Program-made: the position numbers and the translations under genes | The notes under the pieces: generated by a model | What the model saw: the letters and a program-made list of their open reading frames with translations, nothing else | The model's database searches: none | What the model was told of the DNA's origin: nothing | DNA from: a virus | Virus record (IMG/VR): IMGVR_UViG_3300025133_000036 | Coordinates: 1 to 64,000 of that record | Length of the DNA: 64,000 bases | Reading direction: 5' to 3' (one strand) | In this document: in pieces, positions 48,301-61,730 of the stretch | Layout: the number at the start of each line of letters is the position of its first letter | How positions within the stretch are numbered: the stretch's first letter is position 1

Positions 48301-51300
48301 TAGATGCTACAGATATATCAAGTTATTTAGTTACTATTGACGATTCTACTTCTACTATTAAAGGTCATGTTAAAATTTCAAATAGAATTGATGCATCCCA
48401 ATTTATATTAGGTACAATATCAAGCCAAACGGATAACTCTTCTTACCATACTATTGTTATATCTGTAATTGACTCATCTGCTACGTCACCATTTTCAGAT
48501 GATGAAGGAGTACTAATAACATTTGCCAGAACAGGTGATAAAGGTGATACTGGCGCTCAAGGACCAACCGGTCCATTGGGCCCTCAAGGCAACCAAGGCA
48601 ACCAAGGTAATCAAGGAAATCAAGGTCGTCAAGGCCCACTCGGTCCGCAAGGTAACCAAGGTAATCAAGGTAATCAAGGAAATCAAGGAAATCAAGGTCG
48701 TCAAGGCCCACTCGGTCCTCAAGGAAATCAAGGCAATCAAGGTCGTCAAGGCCCACTCGGTCCTCAAGGAAATCAAGGCAATCAAGGTCGTCAAGGACCA
48801 CTCGGTCCTCAAGGCAACCAAGGTAACCAAGGCAGACAAGGACCAATCGGTCCTCAAGGAAATCAAGGTAACCAGGGTAACCAAGGTAATCAAGGGCCAT
48901 TAGGTCCACAAGGAAATCAAGGAAATCAAGGTTCTGAAGGTAATTTCGGCGGTGCAACATTTGCCTATACTTTTGAGACAAATACTAATAACGCAAATCC
49001 AGGTGCTGGTGATATTAGACTTGATAATGCTACACAAAATGCAGCAACAGGAATTTACATATGTGATACTGATGAAGATGGTACAGATATAGCATCTTAT
49101 TTACAAACTATTGACGATTCTACAAGTACTATAAAAGGTCATGTAAAGATTTCAAATAAATTAGACTCAAGTCAGTTTATACTATGGACAATTTCAAGTT
49201 TAACGGATAACAGTGGTTACTTTGACATTACAGTAAGTCCTGTTGATTCATCAGCTGCAGCACCATTTAGTGCTGCAGAAGATATCATAGTTACTTTTGC
49301 TAGAACAGGTGATAAAGGTACAACTGGAGCTCAAGGTAACCAAGGTCGTCAAGGCCCACTCGGTCCTCAAGGAAATCAAGGTAATCAAGGCAGACAAGGA
49401 CCAATCGGTCCTCAAGGAAACCAAGGCAACCAAGGTAACCAAGGCAGACAAGGACCAATCGGTCCTCAAGGAAACCAAGGTAACCAAGGAAACCAAGGTA
49501 ACCAAGGAAATCAAGGCAGACAAGGACCAATCGGTCCTCAAGGAAATCAAGGTAACCAAGGTAATCAAGGTCGTCAAGGTCCACTTGGTCCACTCGGTCC
49601 TCAAGGTTTTCAAGGAAATCAAGGTAACCAAGGAAATCAAGGCAACCAAGGTAACCAAGGTAATACAGGCGCTCAGGGTGATACTGGTGCTCAGGGTAAC
49701 CAAGGCAACCAAGGTCGTCAAGGCCCACTCGGTCCGCAAGGTAACCAAGGTAACCAAGGCAACCAAGGTAATCAGGGTAACCAAGGTCGTCAAGGTCCAC
49801 TTGGTCCACAAGGTAACCAAGGTAACCAAGGAAACCAAGGTAACCAAGGAAACCAAGGTAACACTGGCCCTCTCGGTCCTCAAGGTAATCAGGGCAATCA
49901 GGGTAATCAAGGCGATGAAGGTAATTTTGGTGGCGCCTCTTTCGAATATGATTTTAACACAGCCACTTCTGGAGATCCAGGGGCTGGCAAACTATTATTA
50001 AATCAAACAGATGAAAATACTGCTACTATTCTTCACTTAGATGATGTTGATATAGATGCAACAGATATACAATCTTACTTAAGAACTATTGATGATTCTG
50101 ATTCGACTATTAAAGGTCACGTTAGAATTTCTAATAAAGTTGATAGTTCACAATTTTTATTATTTCAAATTACAGCCACATCTGAAGAGACAGGATATTT
50201 TACTGTTACAATAAGTAATATAGCTTCTTCAGCTACATCTCCTTTTACATTAAATGAAAGAGTTATTGCCACATTCGCTAGAACAGGTGATAAAGGTGAT
50301 ACAGGAACACAAGGATCAACGGGCTCTCAAGGAAATCAAGGTAACCAGGGTAACCAAGGCAACCAAGGTCGTCAAGGCCCACTCGGTCCGCAAGGTAACC
50401 AAGGCAACCAAGGCAACCAAGGTCGTCAAGGTCCACTTGGACCAACTGGCCCACAAGGCAATCAAGGTAACCAAGGTAATCAAGGAAATACTGGCCCACT
50501 CGGTCCTCAAGGAAATCAAGGTAACCAGGGAAGACAAGGACCATTAGGTCCTCAAGGTAACCAAGGTAATCAAGGCAACCAAGGTCGTCAAGGTCCACTT
50601 GGACCTCAAGGAAACCAAGGTAACACCGGCCCTCTCGGTCCTCAAGGTAATCAAGGCAACCAAGGTAATCAAGGCAACCAAGGTCGTCAAGGTCCACTTG
50701 GACCTCAAGGAAACCAAGGTAATACTGGCCCAACTGGGCCCCAAGGTAATCAAGGAAGACAAGGCCCACTTGGACCACAAGGTTTTCAAGGTAATCAAGG
50801 CAATCAAGGCAATACCGGTCCACTCGGTCCTCAAGGAAATCAAGGCAATCAAGGCAATCAAGGCAACCAAGGTCGTCAAGGACCACTTGGACCACTTGGA
50901 CCACAAGGCAACCAAGGTAATCAGGGTAACCAAGGTCGTCAAGGACCACTTGGACCACTTGGACCACAAGGCAATCAAGGTAACCAAGGTCGTCAAGGAC
51001 CACTCGGTCCTCAAGGCAACCAAGGTAATCAGGGCCCACTTGGCCCACAAGGTAATCAGGGTGATACCGGTTCAGCAGATATATCATCTGCAGCGAATAA
51101 TAGAGTAATAACGTCTACAGGTACATCTACTGGTTTAGTAGCAGAGGGTAATTTGACATTTGATGGTTCTACATTAAATCTGTCCGGTGATCAAGTAATT
51201 ACAGGAGATCTTAGAGCAGTTGGATCAATAACGGCTAATGAATTAATTGTAAGTTCTTCTGTAACACATATGACACAATCATTTAGTAGTGGTTCAACAA

Positions 51301-52679
51301 TATTCGGTGATACTTTAGATGATACTCATCAGTTTACAGGTTCACTATTAGTTACAGGCTCAGCAACTATAGGTGGTGCTGCAACATTTGCTAAGACTAT
51401 TACTTCGATAGGTCAACTTTCAGTTGAAAATGCTGCACCCCAAGTAGTCATAAAGAGTACAGATACAAGTAATGGTGATGCTACTCTATCACTTATTTCT
51501 GATAATGGTGCCACAAACGCAGATTATTGGAAAATAAAAGCAGTTGCACCAGGGGATGAATTACAGTTTCTAAATGGAAATGATGCATCTTGTTTTACAC
51601 TAAACTCTTCTGGCAACGCCACATTTGCTTCGAGTGTACAATTAAGTGATGGTCAGCAAGTCCAATGGGGAGGAGGCAATAATGCTATTTTTGGACACGA
51701 TGCAAGTGATTATGTTGCTATAAAAACCAATGGAACAGATAGATTAAAAATAGATGATACAGGATTTGCCTTTTATAATATGCCAATCAAACTATCGGCT
51801 ACTGAAAAATTATATTTAGATGGTGGTAGCAACACTTACATAGAAGAAGATTCAGCAGATACCATTATAATTGCGACGGGTGGCACTACTGCTTTAACGC
51901 TTGACTCGTCCCAAAACGCCACATTTGCTGGTACAATAGGTTCAGGAGTAATTACATCTACAGGTCATAGTACTTTTGGTACTGTTGGTACTACCAGTGT
52001 GTGGGTAACTAATTTATATGATGGGAATAGTGCAGATAATTCAAGCATTGTTTTTGGTGGTACGAGTGATTTTATAAAATTTTATACAGATGGTCAAACG
52101 AGTGCAGACTTGGCTCTAACTCTTGATTCATCTCATAATGCTACGTTTGGTGGAAACATAAGTGGTTCAGCAACCTCAACTGGTTCGTTTGGTTCATTAG
52201 TAGTTTCTGATAAAGTACAAGGTGCAATCACATTTGGTAGTACCGTATCAGCACAAGGAAATGTAGAAATTAGAAAATCATATCCTGATTTAAATCTAAG
52301 AGCTGGAGATGAACAAAGAATTAATTTTGTTGATGATGGTAATGGTACTCAAAGTGGAATAAAGAACAACGCTGGTACAATGAAGTTTTATGGTAATAGT
52401 AGTTCTACTAAAATAAGAATGACCATAGATGATGATAATGCAACGTTTACTACTGACATATTACCTTCAGCTGATGCAACCTATGATTTAGGTTCAGGTG
52501 CTGCAAGATGGGCTAACTTATTTACAGCAGATTTAAATTTATCTAATGAAGGTACTCAAGGAAATGATGTTGATGGAACAAATGGTAATTGGACCATCCA
52601 AGAAGGCGCAGAAGACTTATATTTATTGAATAATAAGAACGGTAAAAAATACAAATTTAAGCTTGAGGAGATCATATAA
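45357..52679 (+). CDS. Collagen-like tail/whisker fibre protein (2440 aa)
   Basis: N-terminal LKRS...[13 protein letters not shown] fibre-attachment motif; six Gly-X-Y tracts separated by five copies of a ~129-aa domain; C-terminal [19 protein letters not shown]...WTIQEG fibre tip; AAGGAGG SD. Confidence 0.85.
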   Translation: MAKQHTVKLKRSAVEGRAPNTGSLVLGELAINTYDGKIYFEKSGSVESIQQIVTSDAHTSGSIDISGAVTASFFKGDASGLSNIPTGPQGNQGNQGNQGNQGNQGNQGNQGNQGNQGNQGNQGNQGNQGRQGPLGPLGPQGNQGNQGNQGNQGSEGNFGGATFEYDFSTTTTTSDPGTGKLRFNQADQNTATNIYIDETDVNGTDISNYLVTIDDSTSTIKGHVKISNKLDSAQFILGTISSQTDNTGWHTIIISVIDSSATSPFSDTEDILVTFARTGDKGDTGNQGPQGNQGPLGPQGNQGNQGNQGNQGDTGAQGNQGNQGPTGQTGNQGNQGNTGPLGPLGPQGNQGNQGNQGNQGRQGPLGPQGNQGNQGNQGNQGRQGPLGPQGNQGNTGPLGPQGNQGNQGPLGPLGPQGNQGNTGPLGPQGNQGNQGRQGPLGPLGPQGNQGNQGRQGPLGPQGNQGRQGPLGPQGNQGNQGNQGNQGPIGNTGPLGPQGNQGNQGNQGNQGRQGPLGPQGNQGNTGSTGAQGNQGNQGNQGRQGPLGPQGNQGNQGNQGRQGPLGHQGANGPLGPQGNQGNTGAQGNQGNQGTEGNFGGASFEYNFATATTMQDPGSGALRLNAADQNTATNIAIDELDADGTDISSYLQTIDDSTSTIKGHVKISNKTDSSQFILGTISSQTDNTGWHTIVISVVDSSATSPFSNAEDIIVTFARTGDKGDTGAQGNIGAQGNQGNQGNQGRQGPAGTGAQGNQGNQGNQGNQGNQGRQGPAGTGAQGNQGNQGRQGPIGNTGPIGNTGAQGNQGNQGNTGSTGSQGNQGPIGNTGAQGNQGNQGNQGNTGSTGSQGNQGNQGRQGPLGPLGPQGNQGNQGNQGNQGNTGPLGPQGNQGNQGRQGPLGPQGNQGNQGNQGNHGNQGNQGNQGPLGPQGNQGNQGSEGNFGGASFKYTFEADTDATDPGAGKVKLNQTDQNTATNIYINDADVDATDISSYLVTIDDSTSTIKGHVKISNRIDASQFILGTISSQTDNSSYHTIVISVIDSSATSPFSDDEGVLITFARTGDKGDTGAQGPTGPLGPQGNQGNQGNQGNQGRQGPLGPQGNQGNQGNQGNQGNQGRQGPLGPQGNQGNQGRQGPLGPQGNQGNQGRQGPLGPQGNQGNQGRQGPIGPQGNQGNQGNQGNQGPLGPQGNQGNQGSEGNFGGATFAYTFETNTNNANPGAGDIRLDNATQNAATGIYICDTDEDGTDIASYLQTIDDSTSTIKGHVKISNKLDSSQFILWTISSLTDNSGYFDITVSPVDSSAAAPFSAAEDIIVTFARTGDKGTTGAQGNQGRQGPLGPQGNQGNQGRQGPIGPQGNQGNQGNQGRQGPIGPQGNQGNQGNQGNQGNQGRQGPIGPQGNQGNQGNQGRQGPLGPLGPQGFQGNQGNQGNQGNQGNQGNTGAQGDTGAQGNQGNQGRQGPLGPQGNQGNQGNQGNQGNQGRQGPLGPQGNQGNQGNQGNQGNQGNTGPLGPQGNQGNQGNQGDEGNFGGASFEYDFNTATSGDPGAGKLLLNQTDENTATILHLDDVDIDATDIQSYLRTIDDSDSTIKGHVRISNKVDSSQFLLFQITATSEETGYFTVTISNIASSATSPFTLNERVIATFARTGDKGDTGTQGSTGSQGNQGNQGNQGNQGRQGPLGPQGNQGNQGNQGRQGPLGPTGPQGNQGNQGNQGNTGPLGPQGNQGNQGRQGPLGPQGNQGNQGNQGRQGPLGPQGNQGNTGPLGPQGNQGNQGNQGNQGRQGPLGPQGNQGNTGPTGPQGNQGRQGPLGPQGFQGNQGNQGNTGPLGPQGNQGNQGNQGNQGRQGPLGPLGPQGNQGNQGNQGRQGPLGPLGPQGNQGNQGRQGPLGPQGNQGNQGPLGPQGNQGDTGSADISSAANNRVITSTGTSTGLVAEGNLTFDGSTLNLSGDQVITGDLRAVGSITANELIVSSSVTHMTQSFSSGSTIFGDTLDDTHQFTGSLLVTGSATIGGAATFAKTITSIGQLSVENAAPQVVIKSTDTSNGDATLSLISDNGATNADYWKIKAVAPGDELQFLNGNDASCFTLNSSGNATFASSVQLSDGQQVQWGGGNNAIFGHDASDYVAIKTNGTDRLKIDDTGFAFYNMPIKLSATEKLYLDGGSNTYIEEDSADTIIIATGGTTALTLDSSQNATFAGTIGSGVITSTGHSTFGTVGTTSVWVTNLYDGNSADNSSIVFGGTSDFIKFYTDGQTSADLALTLDSSHNATFGGNISGSATSTGSFGSLVVSDKVQGAITFGSTVSAQGNVEIRKSYPDLNLRAGDEQRINFVDDGNGTQSGIKNNAGTMKFYGNSSSTKIRMTIDDDNATFTTDILPSADATYDLGSGAARWANLFTADLNLSNEGTQGNDVDGTNGNWTIQEGAEDLYLLNNKNGKKYKFKLEEII

Positions 52680-55600
52680 ATGCCTATACAATCAGAAGAT
52701 CTAGTACTAAGTGGATCGATTATATACAACCTCGATGAGGGTGGTGAGTTAACATTACCAAAAGTATCATCAGATCCCGCTACGTCAACGCTTGAAACCG
52801 GCTCTTTATTTTTTAATACAACAGATGATTTACCTAAATTTTTTACTGGTAATCAAATCTCTATATTTAGAGGTCCTCAAGGTTTTCAAGGTAATCAAGG
52901 TCGCCAAGGCCCGTTAGGACCATTAGGTCCACAAGGTAACCAAGGTAACCAAGGTAATCAAGGAAATACCGGCCCACTCGGTCCTCAAGGTAATCAAGGT
53001 CGCCAAGGCCCGTTAGGACCAACCGGACCACTCGGTCCTCAAGGAAATCAAGGCAATACAGGTCCACTCGGTCCTCAAGGTAATCAAGGCAATCAGGGCA
53101 ATCAAGGCAACCAAGGAAGACAAGGACCATTAGGTCCAACTGGTAATACAGGTCCACTCGGTCCTCAAGGTAACCAAGGCAATCAAGGAAGACAAGGACC
53201 ATTAGGTCCACTTGGACCATTAGGTCCACAAGGCAACCAAGGTCGTCAAGGTCCACTCGGCCCAACCGGTCCACTCGGTCCTCAAGGAAATCAAGGCAAT
53301 ACAGGTCCACTCGGTCCTCAAGGTTTTCAAGGTAATCAAGGTAACCAAGGAAATCAAGGCAGACAAGGACCACTCGGTCCTCAAGGTAACCAAGGTAATC
53401 AAGGCAGACAAGGACCACTCGGTCCTCAAGGTAACCAAGGTAATCAAGGAAGACAAGGCCCATTAGGTCCAACTGGTAATACAGGACCACTCGGTCCTCA
53501 AGGCAATCAAGGAAATCAAGGTGATGAAGGTAATTTTGGCGGAGCAGCTTTTTCATATGATTTTAGTACCTCAACAACTGATTCTGACCCTGGTTCCGGA
53601 ATTATTCGATTAAATAATATTCTTCAAGCCAATGCAACTATAATTTATATCGATGATGCTGATAAAGATGGCACCGATATACAAACTTATTTACGAACAA
53701 TAGATGACTCTACTTCAACCATTAAGGGTCACGTTAAAATTACAAATAAATTAGACTCAAGTCAGTTTATACTATGGACAATTTCTTCACTTGCTGAAGC
53801 ATCAGGATATTTTAAAATAACTGTTTCACCAGTTGATGATTCTAATGAAACACCTGGCCCATTTGATAACGGTGAAGATATTTTAATCACATTTGCCAGA
53901 ACAGGTGATAAAGGTGATACAGGAGCACAAGGCAATCAAGGTAGACAAGGTCCACTTGGACCACAGGGACCAACCGGTCCACTTGGACCACAAGGAAATC
54001 AAGGTAACCAAGGTAATCAAGGCAGACAAGGCCCACTCGGCCCTCAAGGTAACCAAGGAAGACAAGGACCATTAGGTCCACTCGGTCCTCAAGGTAATCA
54101 AGGAAATACTGGCCCACTCGGTCCTCAAGGAAATCAAGGTAACCAAGGTAATCAAGGTCGCCAAGGACCATTAGGTCCAACCGGACCATTAGGTCCAACC
54201 GGACCACTCGGACCCCAAGGCAATCAAGGAAGACAAGGCCCACTTGGACCACTCGGACCCCAAGGCAATCAAGGCAATACCGGCCCAACCGGTCCACTCG
54301 GCCCAACCGGTCCTCAAGGAAATCAAGGTAATCAAGGCAGACAAGGCCCATTAGGTCCTACAGGTAGTATTGGTCCTCAAGGCCCAACAGGCCTAACTGG
54401 ACCCCAAGGTAATCAAGGAAGACAAGGCCCACTTGGACCACAAGGTTTTCAAGGTAATCAAGGAAGACAAGGCCCACTTGGACCACAAGGTTTTCAAGGT
54501 AATCAAGGAAGACAAGGCCCACTTGGACCAGTCGGTCCAGACGGTCCTAGAGGCTATCAAGGTTTTCAAGGTAATCAAGGTCGTCAAGGCCCACTTGGAC
54601 CACAAGGTAATCAAGGTCGTCAAGGCCCACTTGGACCACAAGGTTTTCAAGGTAATCAAGGTCGTCAAGGCCCACTTGGACCACAAGGTTTTCAAGGTAA
54701 TCAAGGTCGTCAAGGCCCAATCGGTCCACAAGGTTTTCAAGGTAACCAAGGAAGACAAGGCCCACTTGGTCCAGTCGGTCCAGACGGTCCTAGAGGCTAT
54801 CAAGGTTTTCAAGGTAATCAAGGAAGACAAGGCCCACTCGGCCCTCAAGGTAACCAAGGAAGACAAGGCCCACTTGGACCAGTCGGTCCAGACGGTCCTA
54901 GAGGCTATCAAGGTTTTCAAGGTAATCAAGGAAGACAAGGCCCACTTGGACCACAAGGTAATCAAGGAAGACAAGGCCCACTTGGACCACAAGGTTTTCA
55001 AGGTAATCAAGGTCCACTTGGACCAGACGGTCCAGACGGTCCTAGAGGTTATCAAGGTTATCAAGGTAATCAAGGTCGTCAAGGCCCACTTGGACCACAA
55101 GGTAATCAAGGAAGACAAGGCCCACTTGGACCACAAGGTAATCAAGGAAGACAAGGCCCACTTGGACCACAAGGTTTTCAAGGTAATCAAGGTCCACTTG
55201 GACCAGACGGTCCAGACGGTCCTAGAGGTTATCAAGGTTATCAAGGTAATCAAGGTCGTCAAGGCCCACTTGGACCACAAGGTTTTCAAGGTAATCAAGG
55301 TCGTCAAGGACCACTTGGACCAGACGGTCCAGACGGTCCTAGAGGTTATCAAGGTTATCAAGGTAATCAAGGTCGTCAAGGACCACTCGGTCCTCAAGGC
55401 AGACAAGGCCCAATCGGTCCTCAAGGCAGACAAGGCCCAATCGGTCCACAAGGTTTTCAAGGTAATCAAGGTCGTCAAGGCCCAATCGGTCCACAAGGTT
55501 TTCAAGGTAATCAAGGTCGTCAAGGCCCAATCGGACCACAAGGACCTAGAGGTTATCAAGGTTATCAAGGTAATCAAGGTCGTCAAGGACCACAGGGTGA

Positions 55601-56060
55601 TAGAGGCTATCAAGGTTATCAAGGTAATCAAGGTCGTCAAGGCCCACTCGGACCAACAGGAAATACAGGACCAACAGGAAATACAGGACCAACAGGAAAT
55701 ACAGGCCCAACTGGAAATACAGGTCCAGCTGGTGCAGCAACTACAATATTTAGTTGGGATTTAGCAGGTGGATTTGCTGGAACATGGTATACTTTACCCA
55801 AGCATGCTAGTATGGGCGCATTCACTACAGTAAACCTTTATAGAGTTTGTTCAACAGGGACAGCAACAATAACTGTTCAATACAAAACCAGTATTGGTGG
55901 ATCTTGGTCCAGTGTTACTAATTTAACAAGTGAAACTTTTGATACTACAGAAAGATTAGAAACAGATGGTTCATTGTCTACTTCCGGAAATGTTTGGTTT
56001 AGAATCTATGCATCTGCATCATCTATGTCTAACGGAATTGTTTGTGTCTCTATCTCTTAG
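52680..56060 (+). CDS. Collagen-like fibre protein (1126 aa)
   Basis: Short N-domain ([10 protein letters not shown]...GSLFFNTT), two Gly-X-Y tracts around one spacer domain, ~105-aa C-terminal beta domain. Confidence 0.85.
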   Translation: MPIQSEDLVLSGSIIYNLDEGGELTLPKVSSDPATSTLETGSLFFNTTDDLPKFFTGNQISIFRGPQGFQGNQGRQGPLGPLGPQGNQGNQGNQGNTGPLGPQGNQGRQGPLGPTGPLGPQGNQGNTGPLGPQGNQGNQGNQGNQGRQGPLGPTGNTGPLGPQGNQGNQGRQGPLGPLGPLGPQGNQGRQGPLGPTGPLGPQGNQGNTGPLGPQGFQGNQGNQGNQGRQGPLGPQGNQGNQGRQGPLGPQGNQGNQGRQGPLGPTGNTGPLGPQGNQGNQGDEGNFGGAAFSYDFSTSTTDSDPGSGIIRLNNILQANATIIYIDDADKDGTDIQTYLRTIDDSTSTIKGHVKITNKLDSSQFILWTISSLAEASGYFKITVSPVDDSNETPGPFDNGEDILITFARTGDKGDTGAQGNQGRQGPLGPQGPTGPLGPQGNQGNQGNQGRQGPLGPQGNQGRQGPLGPLGPQGNQGNTGPLGPQGNQGNQGNQGRQGPLGPTGPLGPTGPLGPQGNQGRQGPLGPLGPQGNQGNTGPTGPLGPTGPQGNQGNQGRQGPLGPTGSIGPQGPTGLTGPQGNQGRQGPLGPQGFQGNQGRQGPLGPQGFQGNQGRQGPLGPVGPDGPRGYQGFQGNQGRQGPLGPQGNQGRQGPLGPQGFQGNQGRQGPLGPQGFQGNQGRQGPIGPQGFQGNQGRQGPLGPVGPDGPRGYQGFQGNQGRQGPLGPQGNQGRQGPLGPVGPDGPRGYQGFQGNQGRQGPLGPQGNQGRQGPLGPQGFQGNQGPLGPDGPDGPRGYQGYQGNQGRQGPLGPQGNQGRQGPLGPQGNQGRQGPLGPQGFQGNQGPLGPDGPDGPRGYQGYQGNQGRQGPLGPQGFQGNQGRQGPLGPDGPDGPRGYQGYQGNQGRQGPLGPQGRQGPIGPQGRQGPIGPQGFQGNQGRQGPIGPQGFQGNQGRQGPIGPQGPRGYQGYQGNQGRQGPQGDRGYQGYQGNQGRQGPLGPTGNTGPTGNTGPTGNTGPTGNTGPAGAATTIFSWDLAGGFAGTWYTLPKHASMGAFTTVNLYRVCSTGTATITVQYKTSIGGSWSSVTNLTSETFDTTERLETDGSLSTSGNVWFRIYASASSMSNGIVCVSIS

Positions 56061-56400
56061 TACAACTTTATCTAATGGTAAAACTTTATCTCAATTTTAT
56101 GATGACTACTTTCAATGGACAGCGGATAATCTTTTTGACGACTTTACGAATGAAGAGCAATCCGCATTGAAAGATGTCTTTATTATTTCAGATAATACGA
56201 TTGTTGAAGCATATAAAAATGATAATTCTATAACCTGGGATTCTTCAATAACTACAGAAAACGGTACAGAGGTAATTTCCCAATACTATTTAAATGTCTT
56301 TATACCATATAGGAGTTATCATGATGATCTTGTAGCTATGGATTGCTACACTGAATATAAATATGAATCTTTAATGGAAGTAATAGGAGACCTAATTTAA
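56044..56400 (+). CDS. Hypothetical acidic protein
   Basis: ORF 55966-56400; GTG at 56044 is the more plausible start because it reduces the overlap with the collagen gene. Confidence 0.55.
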   Translation: MSLSLSTTLSNGKTLSQFYDDYFQWTADNLFDDFTNEEQSALKDVFIISDNTIVEAYKNDNSITWDSSITTENGTEVISQYYLNVFIPYRSYHDDLVAMDCYTEYKYESLMEVIGDLI

Positions 56401-58595
56401 TGGCTTACGGATTTCAACTAATGGGCGGAAACCATGATATAGATGATGGATCAGCTATTAATCGAAAATATACTCATGGTTTTTGGTCGCATAAAAACCC
56501 ATTTGTGATTAAAGATACTAAAGCTGAAGATAATGGTGCCAATCCTTATTATGGTTATACTGCTATTCCATACATTAGTAAAGAAAGCAGTAGTACTTAT
56601 TATGATATAAGATTGGCTATGTTAGGTAATGATGATTCCAAAATAGAAGATAATTATTTAGTTACCTACTATACTAGTAAATATTCTTATTTCCCTATTG
56701 CTTATTGGGTTAAATGGGATGTTCTTTTAGTTATATGGTGTACGAGAAAGATTGGGATGAGAAGGGCCGTACTTAAATATAATGGGGGAACAAGCTTTAC
56801 TGTTATAGCATCGGCAGCTACTATTTTTTCTCATACAGGTAATTATGATTATAATGTATGGCCCCTTATAAAAAGGGATGCTTATGGAGCTTTGCATATT
56901 ATATACGGATATAGGGGTACTACTTGTAAATTGAGATATTATTATTTTAATAATGACGGAGGAGATGGCAATGAATATGATTCCACCTATTGGGCGACAG
57001 CCAATTTTTTATTGGGTAAGGAATGGACTAGTAGTTCTTCGCCCGCTTTCGGTGGGAATGCCACCTACCCTGAGGCTACTTTCTTAGACATTATAGATGA
57101 TACTCTTATAATAGGAGGTGTATCTCCAGAATCATCCAATGTAAATAAGATAAAGGTAACACATAAGAGTTTAGCTACGGCTTATAATAGTTGGCCCAGT
57201 TCTTGGACTTTAGATTCCGGCGAATTACCGGCGAACTCTGTATCCTACAGTAGTAAGTGGAGACATTATGGTCCGGGAAATACAACTGTAGTTAATGCTT
57301 CAGATGGGAGTACTTATGGGGGTGCTAGATATCTGATATTTTCTTTTAATAAAGTTTATTATAGCTCAACTTATTATTGCCCATTTGTATCAAAAATAAC
57401 ATTAGATTCATCTGGGGCACCCACGGCTATTACTGTATCTGGCGGGGATTTAGGTTTCATGTATCCCACTGCTGCTGCTGGCACTGGACCACTTATTAAT
57501 GATGGAAAATCTTGTAGGGGTATGGGAATATTTCCTGTTTATCCTGCTGGATTTACACAGCTTTACGTAGATAGAGCAAGTCAACAAACTACTGATGCAA
57601 GAACTCTACAAGCTGTAAGGTGGACCCTTGGAAGCTCCGCGGATGATAATTCTACTATTAATACAAATCCACAACGAGTACATTTTGATGCGGCCGGCCT
57701 AGGAGGTGGAACCGCAGATAACTCAATGCTCATGATTGAAGGCGGATCTTCAGGCATCCGGGAATTTGAGCACCTTCTTCAAGATGTTGCTAACTGGGGA
57801 CAATTTAATCAGCAACATTCTGAAATGCACGTTTCTACCCCGGGTACTTTTTTGTCCCAGTTTGCCACTCATCCTCGAGCTGGCGTATATTTTGCGGACC
57901 ATGGTCCAACAGCTGACGATAGTAAGGGTGTAACATATAACCTAGGTAAACAAAACAAAGCATGGAGATGGATCGCAAGAGAAAAAAGTGATACTACAGA
58001 TAAATATTTAAGAGTTAGTGATACTCATGCTGAATTTCATAATACTATTTCCCCTGGTGGTGGTACTGAAAAGCTGGATAGTGAAATATTTTGGTCTATG
58101 GATAGAGAATCGACTTATGCAGCCAGGGGTGCTTGTGTATTAAGTGCAATGGACAATGATCCTGGGTCCTTATCTTTTAGTAATGAAGGATCAGATGATA
58201 GTGAGATGGACTTTGAAATTTCTGATATTGATTCTTTACTAACCAGTACAGCCTCTCCTTCTTCCACTAATCATCAAATGCCGGCTTATATTAGGGTTGT
58301 AGCTTTTGTACAGGGGGATGAACCTTCAAATGCGGACTTTAATAAATCTCTAGATCCATTTGGAAGTACAAGTATTATAGGTGATGCTGCAGGGGAAACA
58401 GGAATGGTTCCTTTAGATTTTAATAACAATATTTTTACCGGGAATATACAATGGTCTGTACCTAGTCAGGAGCCAATGGTGATATTTTATGCTTTTTATG
58501 ATGGTAGAAGATTACCTTGTATGATGAATACAACAGTATCTACAAATGGTTATAGAAGCGGTCAATATTATGGAAAGGCAACAACGGCCGCTTAA
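56400..58595 (+). CDS. Tyr/Ser/Gly-rich beta-structured protein, possible fibre tip or receptor-binding component
   Basis: 731-aa ORF between collagen genes; RDAYGALHIIY...LRYYYF resembles a beta-propeller blade; no firm family. Confidence 0.55.
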   Translation: MAYGFQLMGGNHDIDDGSAINRKYTHGFWSHKNPFVIKDTKAEDNGANPYYGYTAIPYISKESSSTYYDIRLAMLGNDDSKIEDNYLVTYYTSKYSYFPIAYWVKWDVLLVIWCTRKIGMRRAVLKYNGGTSFTVIASAATIFSHTGNYDYNVWPLIKRDAYGALHIIYGYRGTTCKLRYYYFNNDGGDGNEYDSTYWATANFLLGKEWTSSSSPAFGGNATYPEATFLDIIDDTLIIGGVSPESSNVNKIKVTHKSLATAYNSWPSSWTLDSGELPANSVSYSSKWRHYGPGNTTVVNASDGSTYGGARYLIFSFNKVYYSSTYYCPFVSKITLDSSGAPTAITVSGGDLGFMYPTAAAGTGPLINDGKSCRGMGIFPVYPAGFTQLYVDRASQQTTDARTLQAVRWTLGSSADDNSTINTNPQRVHFDAAGLGGGTADNSMLMIEGGSSGIREFEHLLQDVANWGQFNQQHSEMHVSTPGTFLSQFATHPRAGVYFADHGPTADDSKGVTYNLGKQNKAWRWIAREKSDTTDKYLRVSDTHAEFHNTISPGGGTEKLDSEIFWSMDRESTYAARGACVLSAMDNDPGSLSFSNEGSDDSEMDFEISDIDSLLTSTASPSSTNHQMPAYIRVVAFVQGDEPSNADFNKSLDPFGSTSIIGDAAGETGMVPLDFNNNIFTGNIQWSVPSQEPMVIFYAFYDGRRLPCMMNTTVSTNGYRSGQYYGKATTAA

Positions 58596-58653
58596 TAACA
58601 TTATTTATAATTCAAAGGAAACCGAAAAATGAATAAAATAAATGAGATAGTAA

Positions 58654-61600
58654 ATGGCTAGCCCTCCTAGTTTAAAGTCATCTTTATCATTTAGGAAAAA
58701 ATTATTTGTTAAAGCTAGTACTTCAACACATAAATCTGCAATTTCGAGTTCTTCCGATGTTTCATTTGACAGATCTGGTGTAAGGGCTGATGCAGCCGTT
58801 CATACATATGTAAAAGCATCCGATGAGCATGTCGTTTCAGAACAGTTTTATGATCAAATATCTCAATCAAGAGATTCAGGGTCATATATTTTTGATCAGG
58901 GAGTAGCTTTTTATACTGCACCGTTAGCACTTTCCATAGAAGAAATGCGCGATGATGTAGAGAATATTCATACATATGTTGCAAATGCCGGCGTACAAGG
59001 TAACCAAGGCAACCAAGGTAACCAAGGAAGACAAGGAAGACAGGGTCCAACTGGCGCTGACGGTACAAGAGGCGCTACAGGAGCTACAGGAGCAAAAGGT
59101 TCTACAGGTACACAAGGAAATCAAGGCAACCAAGGTCGTCAAGGACCACAGGGTCCTCAAGGCAATCAAGGAAATCAAGGTCGTCAAGGACCACTCGGAC
59201 CTCAAGGCAATCAAGGAAATCAAGGTCGTCAAGGTCGTCAAGGACCACTCGGACCTCAAGGCAATCAAGGAAATCAAGGCAACCAAGGCAATCAAGGACC
59301 AATAGGAAATACCGGCACTACAGGTACAACAGGCGCTCAAGGCAGACAAGGACCAGAAGGTAATTTTGGAGGGTCCACATTCGAATATAAATTTAATACA
59401 TCAACTAGTACGGCAGACCCGGGCGCTGGATTTTTTTCATTAAATAATTCTACTCAAAATTCTTCAACTGTTATGTCTATAGATGATGCTGACGTCGGTG
59501 GAGAAGATATACAAACCTATTTGAGAACTATTGATGATTCTACGTCTACAATTAAGGGTCATTTTAAAATGTCAAATAAGACCGATAGTGATCAGTTTAT
59601 TCTTATGACGATCACCAGGGTGTCAGAGGGAACTGGATATTTTGAAGTTACTGGAGCAGTTGTAGCTTCATCTGATAGTTCGCCATTTAGTAGTGGTGAA
59701 GAATGTATAATTACATTTGCTAGAACTGGTGACAAAGGAGATACAGGCGCAAAAGGTAGTACAGGTGCAAAAGGTAGTACAGGCGATACCGGTCCTAGAG
59801 GTTATCAAGGTTTTCAAGGCAATCAAGGAAATCAAGGTCGTCAAGGACCACAGGGTCCTCAAGGCAATCAAGGCAACCAAGGTCGTCAAGGACCACTTGG
59901 ACCACTTGGACCACAAGGCAACCAAGGTAATCAAGGAAGACAAGGTCCACTTGGTCCTCAAGGCAATCAAGGCAATCAAGGTAGACAAGGACCATTAGGC
60001 CCAACTGGTGGCGACGGTGCAAAAGGCAGTACAGGTGCAAAAGGCGATACAGGTTCTAGAGGCTATCAGGGTTTTCAAGGCAATCAAGGTAATCAGGGCA
60101 ACCAAGGCCGACAAGGACCATTAGGCCCAACTGGAAATGTTGGACCAACTGGTGCTGCCGGTGCAAAAGGTAGTACTGGTACAACAGGTGCTCAAGGTGA
60201 CACTGGTGCAACAGGCGATACAGGCTCAACAGGCGGTACAGGCCCAACAGGTTCTAGAGGTTATCAGGGTTTTCAAGGTAATCAAGGTAATCAGGGTAGA
60301 CAAGGACCATTAGGCCCAACCGGACCATTAGGTAATAGGGGTGCTCAGGGAAATACAGGACCAACCGGACCAACCGGACCAATCGGTCCTAGAGGCTATC
60401 AGGGTTTTCAAGGTAATCAAGGAAGACAAGGACCATTAGGCCCAACCGGTACTACAGGTCCAACAGGCGGTACAGGTGCAAAAGGTAGTACAGGTGCAAA
60501 AGGTAGTACAGGTGGTACCGGTCCTAGAGGTTATCAAGGTTTTCAAGGAAATCAAGGAAATCAAGGTAATCAAGGTAGACAAGGACCACTAGGCCCAACT
60601 GGAAATACAGGTCCAACTGGTGCAAAAGGTGATACCGGTCCTAGAGGTTATCAAGGTTTTCAAGGTAATCAAGGAAGACAAGGCCCACTCGGACCTACAG
60701 GAAATATAGGACCTACAGGAAATATAGGACCTACAGGAAATATAGGACCTAGAGGTTATCAAGGTAATCAGGGCAACCAAGGCCGACAAGGACCATTAGG
60801 CCCAACTGGAAATGTTGGACCAACTGGTGCTGCCGGTGCAAAAGGTAGTACTGGTGATAGAGGTGCTCAAGGTAATACAGGTCCAACAGGCGGTACAGGT
60901 GCAAAAGGCGATACAGGCTCAACAGGCGGTACAGGTTCTAGAGGCTATCAGGGTTTTCAAGGTAATCAAGGAAGACAGGGACCATTAGGTCCAATTGGAA
61001 ATACGGGTCCCAGAGGTAACACAGGCGCAATAGGTACACAAGGCGCTACAGGAGCTACTGGTGCAAAGGGTAGTACAGGAGCTGCTGGTCCAACAGGCGG
61101 TACAGGTCCAACAGGCGGTACAGGTTCTAGAGGCTATCAGGGTTTTCAAGGCAATCAAGGAAGACAAGGACCATTAGGCCCAACAGGACCAACAGGAAAT
61201 ATAGGTCCACTCGGTCCTAGAGGCTATCAGGGTTTTCAAGGCAATCAAGGTAGACAAGGACCACTAGGCCCAACTGGAAATACAGGTCCAACTGGTGCAA
61301 AAGGTGATACCGGTGCAAAGGGTAGTACAGGCGCAAAAGGTAGTACAGGCCCAACAGGCGGTACAGGTACTCAAGGTCGTCAAGGACCAATCGGTCCAGG
61401 TTCGAATGTAGCCGGACCACAAGGCCTAACAGGCCCACTAGGCCCAACAGGAAATACTGGTCCAACTGGAACTACAGGACCAGCTGGTCCTAGAGGCTAT
61501 CAGGGTTTTCAAGGCAATCAAGGTAGACAAGGACCACTAGGCCCAACTGGAAATACAGGTCCAACAGGTGGTGCTGGAAGTACTGGCCCACAAGGAAGAC

Positions 61601-61704
61601 AAGGACCTGCAGGATCCGGCACTTATTCTACAACATGGAATTTAAACTCTAGAACTAGTTATACAGTTACCGTGACAAAAGGATTAATAACAAATATCAG
61701 ATAA
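58654..61704 (+). CDS. Collagen-like fibre protein (1016 aa)
   Basis: Gly-X-Y tracts rich in [12 protein letters not shown] around one spacer domain; short C-terminus ending [12 protein letters not shown]. Confidence 0.85.
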   Translation: MASPPSLKSSLSFRKKLFVKASTSTHKSAISSSSDVSFDRSGVRADAAVHTYVKASDEHVVSEQFYDQISQSRDSGSYIFDQGVAFYTAPLALSIEEMRDDVENIHTYVANAGVQGNQGNQGNQGRQGRQGPTGADGTRGATGATGAKGSTGTQGNQGNQGRQGPQGPQGNQGNQGRQGPLGPQGNQGNQGRQGRQGPLGPQGNQGNQGNQGNQGPIGNTGTTGTTGAQGRQGPEGNFGGSTFEYKFNTSTSTADPGAGFFSLNNSTQNSSTVMSIDDADVGGEDIQTYLRTIDDSTSTIKGHFKMSNKTDSDQFILMTITRVSEGTGYFEVTGAVVASSDSSPFSSGEECIITFARTGDKGDTGAKGSTGAKGSTGDTGPRGYQGFQGNQGNQGRQGPQGPQGNQGNQGRQGPLGPLGPQGNQGNQGRQGPLGPQGNQGNQGRQGPLGPTGGDGAKGSTGAKGDTGSRGYQGFQGNQGNQGNQGRQGPLGPTGNVGPTGAAGAKGSTGTTGAQGDTGATGDTGSTGGTGPTGSRGYQGFQGNQGNQGRQGPLGPTGPLGNRGAQGNTGPTGPTGPIGPRGYQGFQGNQGRQGPLGPTGTTGPTGGTGAKGSTGAKGSTGGTGPRGYQGFQGNQGNQGNQGRQGPLGPTGNTGPTGAKGDTGPRGYQGFQGNQGRQGPLGPTGNIGPTGNIGPTGNIGPRGYQGNQGNQGRQGPLGPTGNVGPTGAAGAKGSTGDRGAQGNTGPTGGTGAKGDTGSTGGTGSRGYQGFQGNQGRQGPLGPIGNTGPRGNTGAIGTQGATGATGAKGSTGAAGPTGGTGPTGGTGSRGYQGFQGNQGRQGPLGPTGPTGNIGPLGPRGYQGFQGNQGRQGPLGPTGNTGPTGAKGDTGAKGSTGAKGSTGPTGGTGTQGRQGPIGPGSNVAGPQGLTGPLGPTGNTGPTGTTGPAGPRGYQGFQGNQGRQGPLGPTGNTGPTGGAGSTGPQGRQGPAGSGTYSTTWNLNSRTSYTVTVTKGLITNIR

Positions 61705-61730
61705 TTTTCTGTTTTTTACGTGTTAGATAA

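Larger units (their letters stand above)
45819..59742 (+). repeat. Dispersed ~385-bp repeat encoding the EGNFGG...[11 protein letters not shown]...TFARTGDKG domain, 7 copies in 3 genes
   Basis: Copies at about 45819-46205, 47133-47519, 48162-48548, 48936-49319, 49917-50300, 53526-53918 and 59356-59742. Confidence 0.92.

Noticed and set aside
45556-61465. Many long alternative-frame and antisense ORFs (KVIKVTK..., LDYLGYL..., TLVTLIT...) over the collagen genes
   Set aside because: They are shadows of the 9-bp-periodic Gly-X-Y codons, which lack stops in other frames; no independent starts or SD signals.
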